NCBI GenBank assembly: GCA_010909165.1
Contig: VJWM01000253.1
Location: 124,001 to 188,000 of the forward strand
Reading direction: 5' to 3'
Source of the DNA: Anthoceros angustus
Taxonomy: Eukaryota; Plantae; Anthocerotophyta
Length of the DNA stretch: 64,000 bases
Program-made: the position numbers and the translations under genes
Shown here: piece by piece, positions 1 to 11,860 of the stretch
Position numbering within the stretch: the stretch's first letter is position 1
How the letters are laid out: every line of letters starts with the position of its first letter
Notes under the pieces: model-generated
What the model was told of the DNA's origin: nothing
Database searches by the model: none
Seen by the model: only the letters and a program-made list of their open reading frames with translations

Positions 1-178
1 ACAGGCTTAGTGACGAGATCGGGTATTCCATATCGGTGACATCAGAAGTTTTCCCGCTGTGACACCAGAAGTTTTCCCGCCGAATGCGGCGGGAAAACTT
101 CTTTTGTCACCATCGAAAAAAACCCTAAAGGGCTTCCTGACGAGATCGGTATTCCATACGCTTGAACTGCTGCTAGTG
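1..178 (-). mobile_element. Possible terminus of a CACTA-type DNA transposon with subterminal repeats
   Basis: Ends in TAGTG at 174-178 (reverse complement of CACTA). Direct repeat TGACGAGATCGG(G)TATTCCATA at about 11 and 138. Repeated AGAAGTTTTCCCGC and a perfect 16-bp inverted repeat at 67-82/87-102. The other end lies outside the window. Confidence 0.3.
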
Positions 179-787
179 TCACCTTAAATCAAATCAGAGT
201 GTGAGAAACATAAAAATTTTAACCAATTCATGAGGCGGCAACTCATTCTCGTGACCTGACTGACGATACTGCCCGGATAATCCAAAGTACCATGACACAC
301 TTACTATTCCACTCAACAGTGAAAGCCGAATGTAGACATCTTCCGACGAATTTCAGGACGGGACACCCTCGAACATACGATAGGAAAGAAGGTTGATTGA
401 TCACTGTGGAGAGTGGAGTGTTGTTCCGGCATCTAATTCCACCCCTTCATTCTTGAGGTTGGTATCTTCGTCACAAATTTCTCAGGCGGTGGCCTCCCCG
501 CACGTCTGCTGACTGGCAGCACAGTGCACACGAGGGAGACAGCCGCAAGATAAAATGGAGGCACAACTCAGAGTCGGCAGTCGGTGTGAAGCTCGATCTG
601 GCTGGGAAGGCAAGTGCCTAGAGTGGAGCTTCGGCACCTGCAAGCTGCGTCATCAACCATCGCGTGGTACTCAATGCTCCTCATCTTGCATTTCTTTTGG
701 TGCTCCGCGACTGTCGAAGGACAGCGTCTCACCCGTGCGAAATGTTTCCAGAAACCGTTTGTTCCCTTCTTGTCCCCTACTGCCAAC

Positions 788-1398
788 ATGACCAAGACCG
801 AGATCCTGGATGTGGAGGTCAATGTCACAGCAGCGCGGCTGTGGAATGCTCTTCGGGATTTGCCGAAGCTCTTGCCCGCCCTTCTGCCTGGAGTGATCGA
901 TAGCGTCTCTTGGATTCAAGGTGACGGAAGCCCTGGAAGCATTAGAGTTGTCAAGTTCGGCGCTGCCACCGGTGAGTTACTTACCACCTGGGTTGTCATC
1001 CTACCGTACGGCGTCAGATGTTGTTCAGGGAATCAAGGAATCTGTGAGGATGTGGGAATGTGAGAATGTGCGGGAATGTGACCCGGTTGCGCAATGCAGA
1101 GTTGGCATCAAAGCTTAAGCTCACGTTCTCCAAGGAGGTGATTGATGAAGTGGATAACGACAAGCACACTGTAAGCTATCATGTTGTGGAGGGAGAGGTG
1201 AGGACCTTGTACAGTCATTACAAGGTGACGACCCAGATTCAGCCGGCTGAGGACCCTGCCACGTCCGTCATCCATTACGTTATTGAGTATGAGCCCATAG
1301 GCGAACAACCTCCCCCCGTGGAACACACTCAGGGCTATGCGCAATTCTTGAAGCTGCTAGAGGCACGTCTGGTGGCCGATCTGTCTGAATATGCTTAA
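788..1398 (+). CDS. PR-10/Bet v1-like (START/MLP superfamily) protein, 2 exons join(788..971,1100..1398), 160 aa
   Basis: MTKTEILDVEVNVTAARLWNAL..., Gly-rich loop GDGSPGSIRVVKF, then KEVIDEVDNDKHTVSYHVVEG and a C-terminal helix. GT-AG intron 972-1099 falls in codon 62 and restores the frame. Confidence 0.92.
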
Positions 1399-1765
1399 AA
1401 CAAACTTACCAGGAGGGCGCATGTGGTGGATGGGAATGTGAACGGAAGCTTCTCCAGGCAGACACACCTTTATTTCCGAGAATATGATAATACGATACAA
1501 TCTTTTGTACGAAATCTTTTGCACTATGGATAAATTGTCACAATTGATCGCAGTCGACTTCGGCTCGCATCGATTGCGCTTGAAACGATACTTTTTCTTT
1601 CCGTGGCCGAGTGTTTTGGGTGGCCTAAGCAGCAGGACATGACTCCAACAACAGCGCATTGCCATGCACTTTCATCAAGCAGGCTTTGATTGCTAGTCGT
1701 GCATCCTCTGACAGGGATGTAATAAAACTGTTTTTGATCAGCTGCACAACAAGATGGCTACTTGA

Positions 1766-3480
1766 TTAATCCCATTCAGTGTCGAAATAGCCAGCGTCTT
1801 TCATCTCAGAATAGTACACATCCTCTGCTTGCATATGCTCTTCCTGCTCCAGAAAATCAATGACTTACAGAGTCAGATTTGAAAACATCGAACTGGCTCA
1901 CACCCAGAGTATATCAGAGCAACAAACACAATGATGCCTGAAAAGCATCCCAATACTGTACCTGGAAAAAATCGGACAGGAATGTGACATAAAGGAGAGG
2001 TGGATAAATCGCGTAGTAACAAAAGCTCGTTACACCATAAACACTGCACAATACCAAACCAGCAACAACACATCAAAGGGCCACATCTACATCCTCAAAA
2101 CCCAGCCTCTTCTTCTCTAAGGCCAATACCTATAAGACAGCAGCCACCTGTTCAGGAGCATCAAACAGGATCCATTTTAGTGTGAACAAAGACATAACAA
2201 TTTATCTTGGACATGGCTACCAAGGGATGTTACCCACGTACCAGTAGCCGAATGTAGCTTTAAAGCCAAGTAGGGAGCTGCCAAAGGCCGCCATAACGTT
2301 CAGCAGAAACAGAAGGAACACATATCGATAAAATGATGGACGTGCTGCTGACACCCAAAGGACAAAGGTAGTTAGACATCTGGATTCCTGTACCCGGAAC
2401 TCTTCAATATATATGGAAGTTCTGTAGCAAGCTAGCCACTGGTACCTCTAGTTATATCACTTCAACCTGTGGATACTCAACAACAAACTTACCAGGCAGC
2501 CGTTCCTTCCACTTAGTATGCGGTAGTATGAGAATTAACAAGTACAGGCCCGAGAAAAAGGCAGAATGTACAAGCCAAAAGCCCCATTTTCGCCAGTCTC
2601 CACTATCGTTCTCGAATATAAACAGAGGTACACCTATCCCAAAGATGTATATCGCCTGCACAAGCATGTAAAAAAAGGTTCTCCAACAGATCTCTGCAGA
2701 TGAAAGATAGGACATGAATCTTTCAGCAGACAGTGGGCGTTGCATTCGTCAACATTTCCTGTCCAGTCACTGCATTCTCACATGAAACAGGCAAATCAAA
2801 CAGCTAACAAATCTGACCAGAAGGCTTGGCGCAACACAAGTTGAGAGCCAGTTTGATTCCAAAAAGCACACTGATGGGCAAGGGTGATAAACCTTAATAA
2901 TGACGTCTGCGGCTGCGAAGAGGCCAGAGAACAGGAGTGTCCGTAAAAGAGCATCCCAACCACTGACCAGATACCCTTGGCTCAGGAACACAATAACGCT
3001 AATTTCCAGCAGTAGCATGCCACTGCGCGTCACCAATGCAACCACGTTCCATGTTGTTGCCCTGTCACCTGCACCGGTTTGCCGAACCTGAAAATTCAAC
3101 AGCATACAGTTAGAGAAGGCCTCAAGGAACCAGATCCCTGAATTTCCGTGCAAGAATTCATTCAGCAATTGCCCCCAGAATCTTGGGATCGCCGGCATTC
3201 GTCAGCAGCCAGAGCTGTAGTCGATACATACCTCCACCAGACACCAGCAGATGTTGAGCAAGCAAACCACCCAGAGAAAGCAGTAGTAGGTGGCCATGAT
3301 GTGTGATTGACTCTGCGCAAGCTTCCTCACGCTGGCTCGAGCGTTGGCAGCCAAAAACAGGAAGAGCAGCACGGCTGGGGCTGCCATGAGCGCATTATAC
3401 ATCCAAGCGTAATCGGCCCAGGGCGTTATCAACCGATAGCAGAAGGAAGCCGGCTCCCCTGCTGCGGTAGCGAGCTCCAT
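1766..3480 (-). CDS. Multi-pass membrane protein of the CAND2/CAND8 (TPRA1/Tmemb_40-like) candidate GPCR family, about 6 exons
   Basis: Exon peptides ARASVRKLAQSQSHIMATYYCFLWVV, SGMLLLEISVIVFLSQGYLVSGWDALLRT, KWGFWLVHSAFF...PHTKWKERLP, RPSFYRYVFLLFLLN and YPPLLYVTFLSDFFQ, with the terminal EDVYYSEMKDAGYFDTEWD* typical of this plant family. Canonical splice sites. Confidence 0.88.
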
Positions 3481-4994
3481 TTCCGCCTGGCCGGTGTGTA
3501 AGCTTGTAAGGAGGAATGTTTTTGTTCGTAGAGCTGGTAGATGCAGTCAAACTTTGACACTGTTTTCCAACAGCTCGCTTCCGGATCTTACAACATACCA
3601 GGTCAGCTGCTACTCCGCCATGGCTGGATTTCATCCGTCAAAAGCGCATCCCCGTCCTCTTGCTAATTTCTCACCTCTGACCCCAACCGGAATCCCAGCT
3701 CGCTGGTCCGTCTGCTTTCAGCACCTCCAGGGCTGCTTTGCTTCTGTACGCACCGTCCGCCCCATTGTCCGGGCACATGTAGTAGATATACCTTGTCATT
3801 CCACAAGGATGTTGTGCGCTGTCCTCAGTTCACCATTCCTCTATTAGGTTAGAGTAGGCACTGAGGCCGCCTATTTCTCGTGACTTCCATTCTCAACATA
3901 GACCTAAGTAGTGTTTCTTGCGGTTCTAGGTTGGAAATTAAAGGTTTTGCTTCATGTTCAGACAGAGTACGTGCACAGCATTCTTTAGTGTGGGGAATGT
4001 CCGGCAGCAATGGAATGCCAGGACTGTAGGTGCAATCACCTTAAACGAGAACAACACCAGATCGCACTCTCAGAGGTTTCTGACCGCCGCCTGATACAGA
4101 TCTCCCTCGGTGAGAGATCAAGACGCACAGTGGAATTCTGGAGTCCAGCAGAAGTGGGCAGAAAGATGCTGCTGCGGAGGGTACAAGCGTATCTGAGGCT
4201 CCGGCACCAAGACGCCCGCTGCTGGAAACAGCGCGTGGATCCGATATCTACCAATCCGACGACGAGGAAAACGTCCTGAAATGATGCACCGACTCCTCAA
4301 CAAGGACGCGGATCCAGAGCGGCGTGTTAGTGGCAATCTGGAGATGACGCCTCTCGAGGCTTGCGGGGATACTACTCCTCCAACCCTGGCAAAGGCGAAC
4401 AGAGCGGACTCCTTCGCTGGCAGGCCAAAACTGCACGAAGTCCTTTCGGGTGATAGCATATACTGTAACCAGGAGGCCTAATGACTCAGACCAAAGAGGC
4501 TCTGACTACTGAAAAACCACTAATTAGATGTGAGAGGGAGAACGCGGAAGGAGGGGTTATGCCAGGTCAAGGGGCCAAGTTAGGAGAAGGCCAGCCTGGC
4601 GAGGGGAAGGAAGCATGCTTGAAGCAGAGAGGAGGACAGGGGATGCTGTGGCACAACTGCCTGCACCACCGCTGCGCAAGGACACCGTTTAACCCCAGAA
4701 CGCCTGGCCCTTTTTTCGGCCATTTTAGGTGAATACCGTACCTCGAGAGGTGGTTCAACAGGATTATGCCGAAATAATTATTTCTTTAAAAAATAAGGTT
4801 CAACATAAATATTTATAATTTTTAAATATCAATATTTATGAAAAAATAATTTTATCAAATTTGAAAATTTATTAAAATACATAGGTACCTATATATAAGA
4901 AGGCTTCAAGGCCGGTGGTTGAGGCGGATATATAAGCATCTTTCTAAGTTTCTGCGTGTAGCAAACGATCCAACGCACTGATTTTTCTAATGTA

Positions 4995-5274
4995 AAATTC
5001 AGCTTGGCTACCAGGTTCTCAACATAGTTTGCTCAAGTGTCTTGAGGCTTGGAACCTCCGAAAACAAATTCATGGTGCTTCAACGAGGGGCGAACGACTC
5101 AAATTGAGTCGGTTCGTCCTTATGAGGTTAAAAGAAATTCAGCTTGGCTACCAGGTTCTCAACATAGTTTGCTCAAGTGTCTTGAGGCTTGGAACCTCCC
5201 AAAACAAATTCATGGTGCTTCAACGAGGGGCGAACGACTCAAATTGAGTCGGTTCGTCCTTATGAGGTTAAAAG
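4995..5274. repeat. Near-perfect tandem duplication, 2 x 140 bp
   Basis: AAATTCAGCTTGGCTACCAGG...GAGGTTAAAAGA starts at 4995 and again at 5135. Confidence 0.95.
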
Positions 5275-6398
5275 ATATGTATCGAAATAAAATGATACAA
5301 TCCCTAACATTTTGCCGACAACCCAAAGTCATGAGAGAAATAATGCACAACTAGTGATGAGCAATGATGTCAATCGATTGGTCGTCTCTAAAGATTTACG
5401 GCATAGGTATGTAAGATCCAAGTACCTACTCACTTGGACACGGTGTGTAAGTATGAGAAGCACATATACTCACAGAGTCAAATAATGCTTACAAAAAGCA
5501 TCTTTTCAATTTGCCGTATCTAATATTTGAAGTAGAACCGTAAAAGTATGAACAAAGTTGAAACAAAAACCGTAAAAGTATTAACTTTCAGACTACGAGT
5601 TCCTTGTTCGCATATTTTCATTGACGAGAACTGGATGCTGGGATGTGTTGCTTATCAGGCAGTGAGCTACAAACAAAACTAGTACATATCGATGGTCATC
5701 TATGATTTCTGTATTGTTGATTTCAAGATGAAAGATATATTTAAACAAGAGGCCTTTCTTAGGATTATATGCAAATTACACTTACATATCTACATGTGCT
5801 TGTGTTAACCCTACTAGAAATCCTTGTCCATGTTACACTTTTTGTTAAGATTTGGACCCCGGGATGTTACACTGATGTTGCAATTTTGGGTCCATGTTAC
5901 ACTTTTTCAACCCCTTGTTATAGTGAGGTTTGGAACTCGCACCGCAGTGTTGTTGCAATCTTGTTGCAATTATGTTGAGATATAGTGAGAGGTGGTTTTG
6001 TCCCCCTCTCAAGATTGCAACAAGTAGCAATATCCAAAGTGTTACAAAGAACTTCTTGTTACACTTTTCTAGGCTTGGTACCAAACCTCCTCCCCATCTA
6101 CCTTTGTCCTTGTTATTTTACCTCTAAGGACTATGTAGTTTGACTTCGTAGTTACTACCAATATGGCTCCGGATACCTCCTACCAAACATCACCGTATCG
6201 CTATGTCACTCTAGGTATTGCAAGGTTTACATATACGGCTACGATTACGTCTGCTCGTTTCACGTATATTATATTTTGTATACTATTAGATACATCCGTT
6301 ATGTTTCAAGAACCTATCTACAGTGTATCGAGCTGTAAACGAGAGGTCCAGATCTTGAGTTTCTCCTGCGCATACTATCAATTATTTTTGATATGTAT

Positions 6399-6580
6399 AG
6401 ATATTGTAATTCAATATACAATAACTCCATATACAAAGCAACGACCAAGAATATTGATATTGTAACACTATATGAAAAGCAACGACCAAGAACATTGATA
6501 CTATAACTCTATATACAAAACAACGACCAAGAACATTGATATTGTAAGTCTATATACAAAGCAACGACCAAGAACATTGA
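6399..6580. repeat. 41-bp minisatellite, about 4 copies
   Basis: CAACGACCAAGAA recurs at 6439, 6480, 6521 and 6562. Confidence 0.9.
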
Positions 6581-6644
6581 GTTTTGTGGATTGGTCAAGT
6601 GGTTGAGAATAGTTTCTCCTCTTGCTGATCATGTGTTCTAACCT

Positions 6645-6770
6645 GCTATTCTACACAAAATTTTGCGTGTTTGAACCCACTGTTCTACATAGATTTTGTC
6701 GTGTTCAAACTTGCTGTTCTACACAAAATTTTGCTGTGTTCGAAACCGATGCTCTACGTAGAATTTTGCA
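6645..6770. repeat. About 34-bp minisatellite, about 4 copies
   Basis: TTCTACA-C/T-A-A/G-A-A/T-TTTTG core recurs at about 6649, 6683, 6717 and 6752. Confidence 0.8.
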
Positions 6771-9494
6771 ACACAATAGGACGTTGATGTTGCACTCTTG
6801 TGTATGCAACATAAACAAATAGTTGTCTATTAAATAGGGTGTGTAATGAGGAGGGCAGGTGGGAGAAGAGACAGCCCAAGTCGATTAGATCATGAATTGT
6901 CTATGTATAATTGCCTGACATTGGTGAGTATTAAGTTGGAGCATTATGAACAGGTGCTGTGCGGACTAAAGTTCTTTGTCTTGCAGGTGCAGTGCTTTTG
7001 TCATAGCTTCCCATGATTAGAGTATTTAATTTCAATTTTCAAATTTAATTTTTGTCCGTGTCTCACATTTTGAAGTTAGAAAAAAAATTGAGTACATTGG
7101 ACCAATTTTTGAGTGTTGAGAATTATTTACAAGAAAATGTGGACATAAGAAATGTTTGTTTTTTGTTGCGTTCGTCCTTACTTAAAGTGGTCTACCAAAC
7201 TATGCAAGCACCTTGCAATTCGAAAAACAATGTAAAGCATCCTACATATTAAAGTCTCTAAATGTATGGGAAGTGCATGTTTATTCATGAATTAAGATTT
7301 AATATTGTATCGTATAATATAATGTTATGGACTTTAGCCATAAGATTGTAACCAATTTAGGTATGAAGTTATAGAAACTTGTATATTATTATGTTGCTGC
7401 ATCTATTGAGATCTTCATAATCCTTAAAATAATACCCAGCCCAAATACTATTTCCACATATAGAAATTGTGTACTAAACCTGATTGATTTTTAGATACGT
7501 AGTTCATTGAAATTTTATTTAATCACAATTGAAGTTGTTTTCTTATGAGTTGAGTTGGCTGGACGGGATGGAAGTTGTGATAAATCGTTGTCAAGAGGCT
7601 ACATCCAATGTATTGAGAGCTCTATGTCTTCTTCCTGAGTGTATAAATATGTACCTCTTTGTTGACTATTGTGATTGATGAATTTGAGAGTAAGCGCCTA
7701 ACTTTAACAAATTTCAAAGATGGTTGAGTATTGTTCCTAGATGTAGGTGTGAACGAGATCATTATCATAGAATCTAAGAAGTTGACGGATTGAAGTTATC
7801 CATCCCTCTTCACGATTCACTCGAGGAGGAGCGAACCAACTTCTTGGATCCTTTTGTTAGATGATATCTAAGGTAAGAATACTCAATCATCCCTTAAAGT
7901 TTAGGGTTTTATGCCACAATTTAAACTATGAAGAATAGTCACAAGTGGGTAGACGGTTCACATCTAGAAGAAGACATAGAGCTTTTTAAAACCTTAGATT
8001 TAGCCTGAAAAAAATTATTGCATTTTTAATCCTCTAAACTAAGTCAAATAAAAAAACTTCAATATATAATTAAAATAAATTTATATATATTGAAAAAACG
8101 ACCTAAACTAATATTAAATATTTAAATCAAAGGTCGCTGAAAGATAGAATGGAACGATTTACATAGAAACCTACACACCTACACTCGAACCGCACCCAAC
8201 TTATGACACATTTTGGAGCTCTACTATCTTTGCATAAGTCGGAGGTCGGAGACAAAACGTTTTGCTGCCACTGTAAGAGTTGACTCGGTTCGATGTTCGA
8301 TTCGGATTCTGAGGTCGTTATTTGCTGCATTCCATGTCTGTAGTTGGCTAATAACGGCCGTCCGTAGCTTCCGGGCAAAGTAGCCGACAACAGGCCACGC
8401 GTCTCCACGCTTTCAAGGGAAGGGCCCCCCTTGCATAGGATCCCAGTCCCCGTTGCTTGACCCGCCGACGCCGACCAGTTTCGCCGAACACCTCTCGTCC
8501 TGTACGCGGCTGACGACTAGGATTTGTATACCGCAGGCAGCAACCTGGCTAAATTGTCTGGCGCAACTGGCTGCGCAGCTTCCCGCCGGTTGCGTGCGGA
8601 AGAAGCTCCAGCAACCGGTCCGATTGCGCCGACGTCGGAAGTTGATGGTGCGGATTGAAAACATAGCGGATCCATCGCCCGCCGTCTCCTTCAGCGCAAT
8701 TCTTCAAGGCTTGATGCATTCCTTTGAATTTCTTCCGGTTGATTTTGTGATGTCCGGACAAAACGAGGATTGCACCTGGTGGTGAAACCAAGGAGCAAGA
8801 ATTCGCTGTCTTCCTGCTTGATCGAAGGAGTGACCACTGCATCAGCAGCTTCAGGGACCTCGTCATTGGTAGCGAAGCAATTGTGGTGAAGTCTGGTTTC
8901 TGATTGTGGCGGAAGAGCAACGGGCAACAAACAGCTGAATCGCAGTGGTGGTGCGCAATTCTTCTCAACCTTTTCGTTCTCAGGTTTTGTGAGCACCTGT
9001 TTGATGAACGATTCACTGGTTTCAATTCTGGAGATGGTCTCACTGGATTTTAGGCACCAACGATCTGTGCGATAACTGGTATTCTATTTTGGAAATCGGG
9101 GTGTTTAGCTCAGAGGAAAGGAAGTGAGGGATCTACGACAAGGGTAACTGTCACCGTTGGATCACCGTAGTTAGCAGTAGTCACAATAGGGTTCCCAAGA
9201 TGCAGACATGGGGAGATGGATATTTCCTGTGCCTTTGGTGGCTGGAGGTTGGAGCGTACCGTTCATGTGCCAACGGCTTATCACAGTTATTTGAATGGTT
9301 TTTGGTGACTGTAAATTCCACTCTTGGAGCTGGTTTTCGTAGTACTATCTGCCACCTTCAAACAAGGTTATGATCGCCATGGACAGCCACCTTATATTGC
9401 TGACCGGTGTTGTTACCAGGATTTCTTCAAGGGCGAAGGATGATTCTTGGCAAGAGTGCTGTTGGGAGAAGAGGGATATTGTGCTGACGAAAGG

Positions 9495-11191
9495 ATGCTT
9501 CTGCATTTTCGGAATTTAGGGAAAGTGAAGACAAAAGAGGTTTCAACCTATTGCTGAGCCGGTGATTGTTGCATCTCACATGTGATCTTCGTGAAAGCAA
9601 CAACTTGGTGCTCTGGCTCTTGTCTAGGTGGTGTACGAGGAGACATACTACGCACGAGATTCCGGCACCTTAGAGCAATTGAAGGAGCTGAGCACCAGGC
9701 GAAAAGCTATTGCTCAGTCGATCAATGGCAAAAGCCAGCTCACTCCAGCTATTGCACGTGAAATGGCTGGCGGAGTTACTTCTCCTGTTTTGCAGGTTCT
9801 TTCGAAATTCCTGCCAAATGATGATCCTCCACTGTTTTCAGAGTGTGAGACCTAACCAGGTGTTCCTTTTGCAGGATATCCAGAAGCTGAAGTCATATCT
9901 GCCTCTTCTTCAAAACCTGGTCAAGCGTGTGAGTGCTGAACCGGAGAATCACAGAATCCATCAGTGGACCACTGACCTCAAGATAAGATGGACAAGTGTG
10001 CTAAGTGGCTCCAGTGGCAGTTCCTTTGGAACAGCCAAGTACTTTCGTGTCAATGACCTCCGCTATGAACTTTGCATGATGCTGTTTCTTTATGGCGCGT
10101 TTCTGAGGGAACGGGGTTTAGAGCTATTATCCACAGGTAAGGTTGTGAGCGTCCCTCAAACACGTTTTTTGTGTTTTGTCTAGAGTTCTGTTTACAATGA
10201 CCGTTTCTTCTTCAACTGCGCAGATCTCGTTGAGGCAGCCACTTTGTTCAGGACTGCTGCAGGAGTCTATCAGTATCTCGCACAGAATGTCCTGCCACCT
10301 TTGCAGCAACTTCTTCCATCGGAACGACCTCCTGAATGCACAGCATCGATGGCATCTGTCTTGAGCTTAGTTTGCTTGGCTGAAGCGCAGGTGGGTTTGG
10401 TTTTCCTCTTGGTGCTCCTGATATTTTCCTGAAAGGCTAGCTGCCTTTTCTGTGTTGTTGACCTCCAATTTAACTTATGTCCGTAGGCTGTGACTGTCCG
10501 AAAGGCAGAAGAAATGTCCACAGGTGGTGCCCTCCTTGCAAAACTGCACTGTGGAGTGGTGCAATTTCTTGGAGAAGCCAGTGAAATTCTCCGAACAAGC
10601 CAAGGAGATTGGAATGATGTGTCTGACAAGCTCAGGGTAAGTACTCTAGGAATTTTGGACCTTGTTTTCCATGGACCTCAATCAACCCCCAACACCTAGC
10701 GGTTGCTTAGCTCATGATTGCCAGATAGTTGATCATTGTGAGGTGACATTGCAGAAATATATAGGAATTTGTCATTCCCTTCATGAGGCGCGAAGTCGGA
10801 GATACTTTGCAGAGCATTACAAGAAACAAGAACGTCTTGGTATTGCTGTCGCTATATTACGACATGCGGTGACCCAAGTCCAACACGTTAAGTGTCCAGG
10901 TGAGCCGCATCACCCTGACCTCTCATCTCTTACGAAACTGGAGGGATATTGTCAGCTTTCTGACTGTCGATACGTTGTGGAGCAGGGGATGAGCAGTGGA
11001 GGCCAATTTTTAGACTAGAAGTCAGTACACTTTCAGAGCTGCTCAGGAAATTTGAGCATGAGAACGAGTTCGTTTGGCGAGACAGGAGCCCCAGACAGGA
11101 TGAGTTGCCCGTGTTGGAGGGGAAACAGATTGTTTCAGCCGTACCATTTGCGTGTTGGGCTTTGGACAGAGATTTCGTGTTTGTGACCTAG
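9495..11191 (+). CDS. BRO1-domain (BROX-like, endosomal-targeting) protein, about 7 exons
   Basis: MLLHFRNLGKVKTKE / VVYEETYYARDSGTLEQLKELSTRR...AIAREMAGGVTS / DIQKLKSYLPLLQNL...DLRYELCMMLFLYGA / LFRTAAGVYQYLA...ERPPE...LVCLAEAQ / AVTVRKAEE...LLAKLHCGV / ...FEHENEFVWRD...LEGKQIV, joined by GT-AG introns. Confidence 0.9.
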
Positions 11192-11309
11192 GACTGCCTC
11201 GTGTGTAAAGTAATCTTTAAGTATATTTCTTGTCCGCTAAAATGAATGTAATCAGTATTTTTGAGCGGGGAATAGTAATCTCTGAACAAGTTAGGCAACA
11301 GTTTGGTCA

Positions 11310-11582
11310 TGGACAGATTATGGAACATTTTATGGAACGGATTACAATCGCAGTTGTATTCTTGTGCAAAATTCATATGAGGTGGACAGCAGGAGAGGTC
11401 ATGGACAGATTATGGAACATTGATGGAGGGCTTTTATGGAACATTTTATGGAACGGATTACAATCGCAGTTGTATTCTTGTGCAAAATTCATATGAGGTG
11501 GACAGAAGGAGATGAAGACATCTTATGAAGCTCCGATAACGAGGTAACAAGCACAATTGTGTTCTTGTGCAAAATTCATAGT
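11310..11582. repeat. Local duplication between the convergent BRO1 and NAT 3' ends
   Basis: TTATGGAACATTTTATGGAACGGATTACAATCGCAGTTGTATTCTTGTGCAAAATTCATATGAGGTGGACAG occurs twice, plus a third partial copy at about 11560. Confidence 0.85.
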
Positions 11583-11860
11583 AGCTGAACAGAGGGAGAC
11601 GGAGTCCTCATGGGCTGTCAGAGCAGCAATGTTCAATTCTACAGTAGCTCATCATAACTTAGGATATATAAACTTCTGTGGCGAATCTCTAACAGCTGTA
11701 CAAAATTTTCTACTTTCAATGGGGCCGAGATGTGCCTGCTAAGCTGCGATGTCAGTATCTGTACACCTTGTGTCTCTCTACCTCTTGACCCATTGCAGCA
11801 TACTGCCGCAGTTCAAAAATTGTTCTATCAGAGAAGAATATGAAATGTTGCTTCCTACTA

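Noticed and set aside
4010-4732. Short consecutive ORFs upstream of the CAND2-like gene
   Set aside because: No splice-consistent gene model or family motif could be supported.
6399-6770. CRISPR-like arrays (also 23584-23862 and 61430-61540)
   Set aside because: These are head-to-tail tandem units with no unique spacers and no cas genes, in a eukaryotic context.
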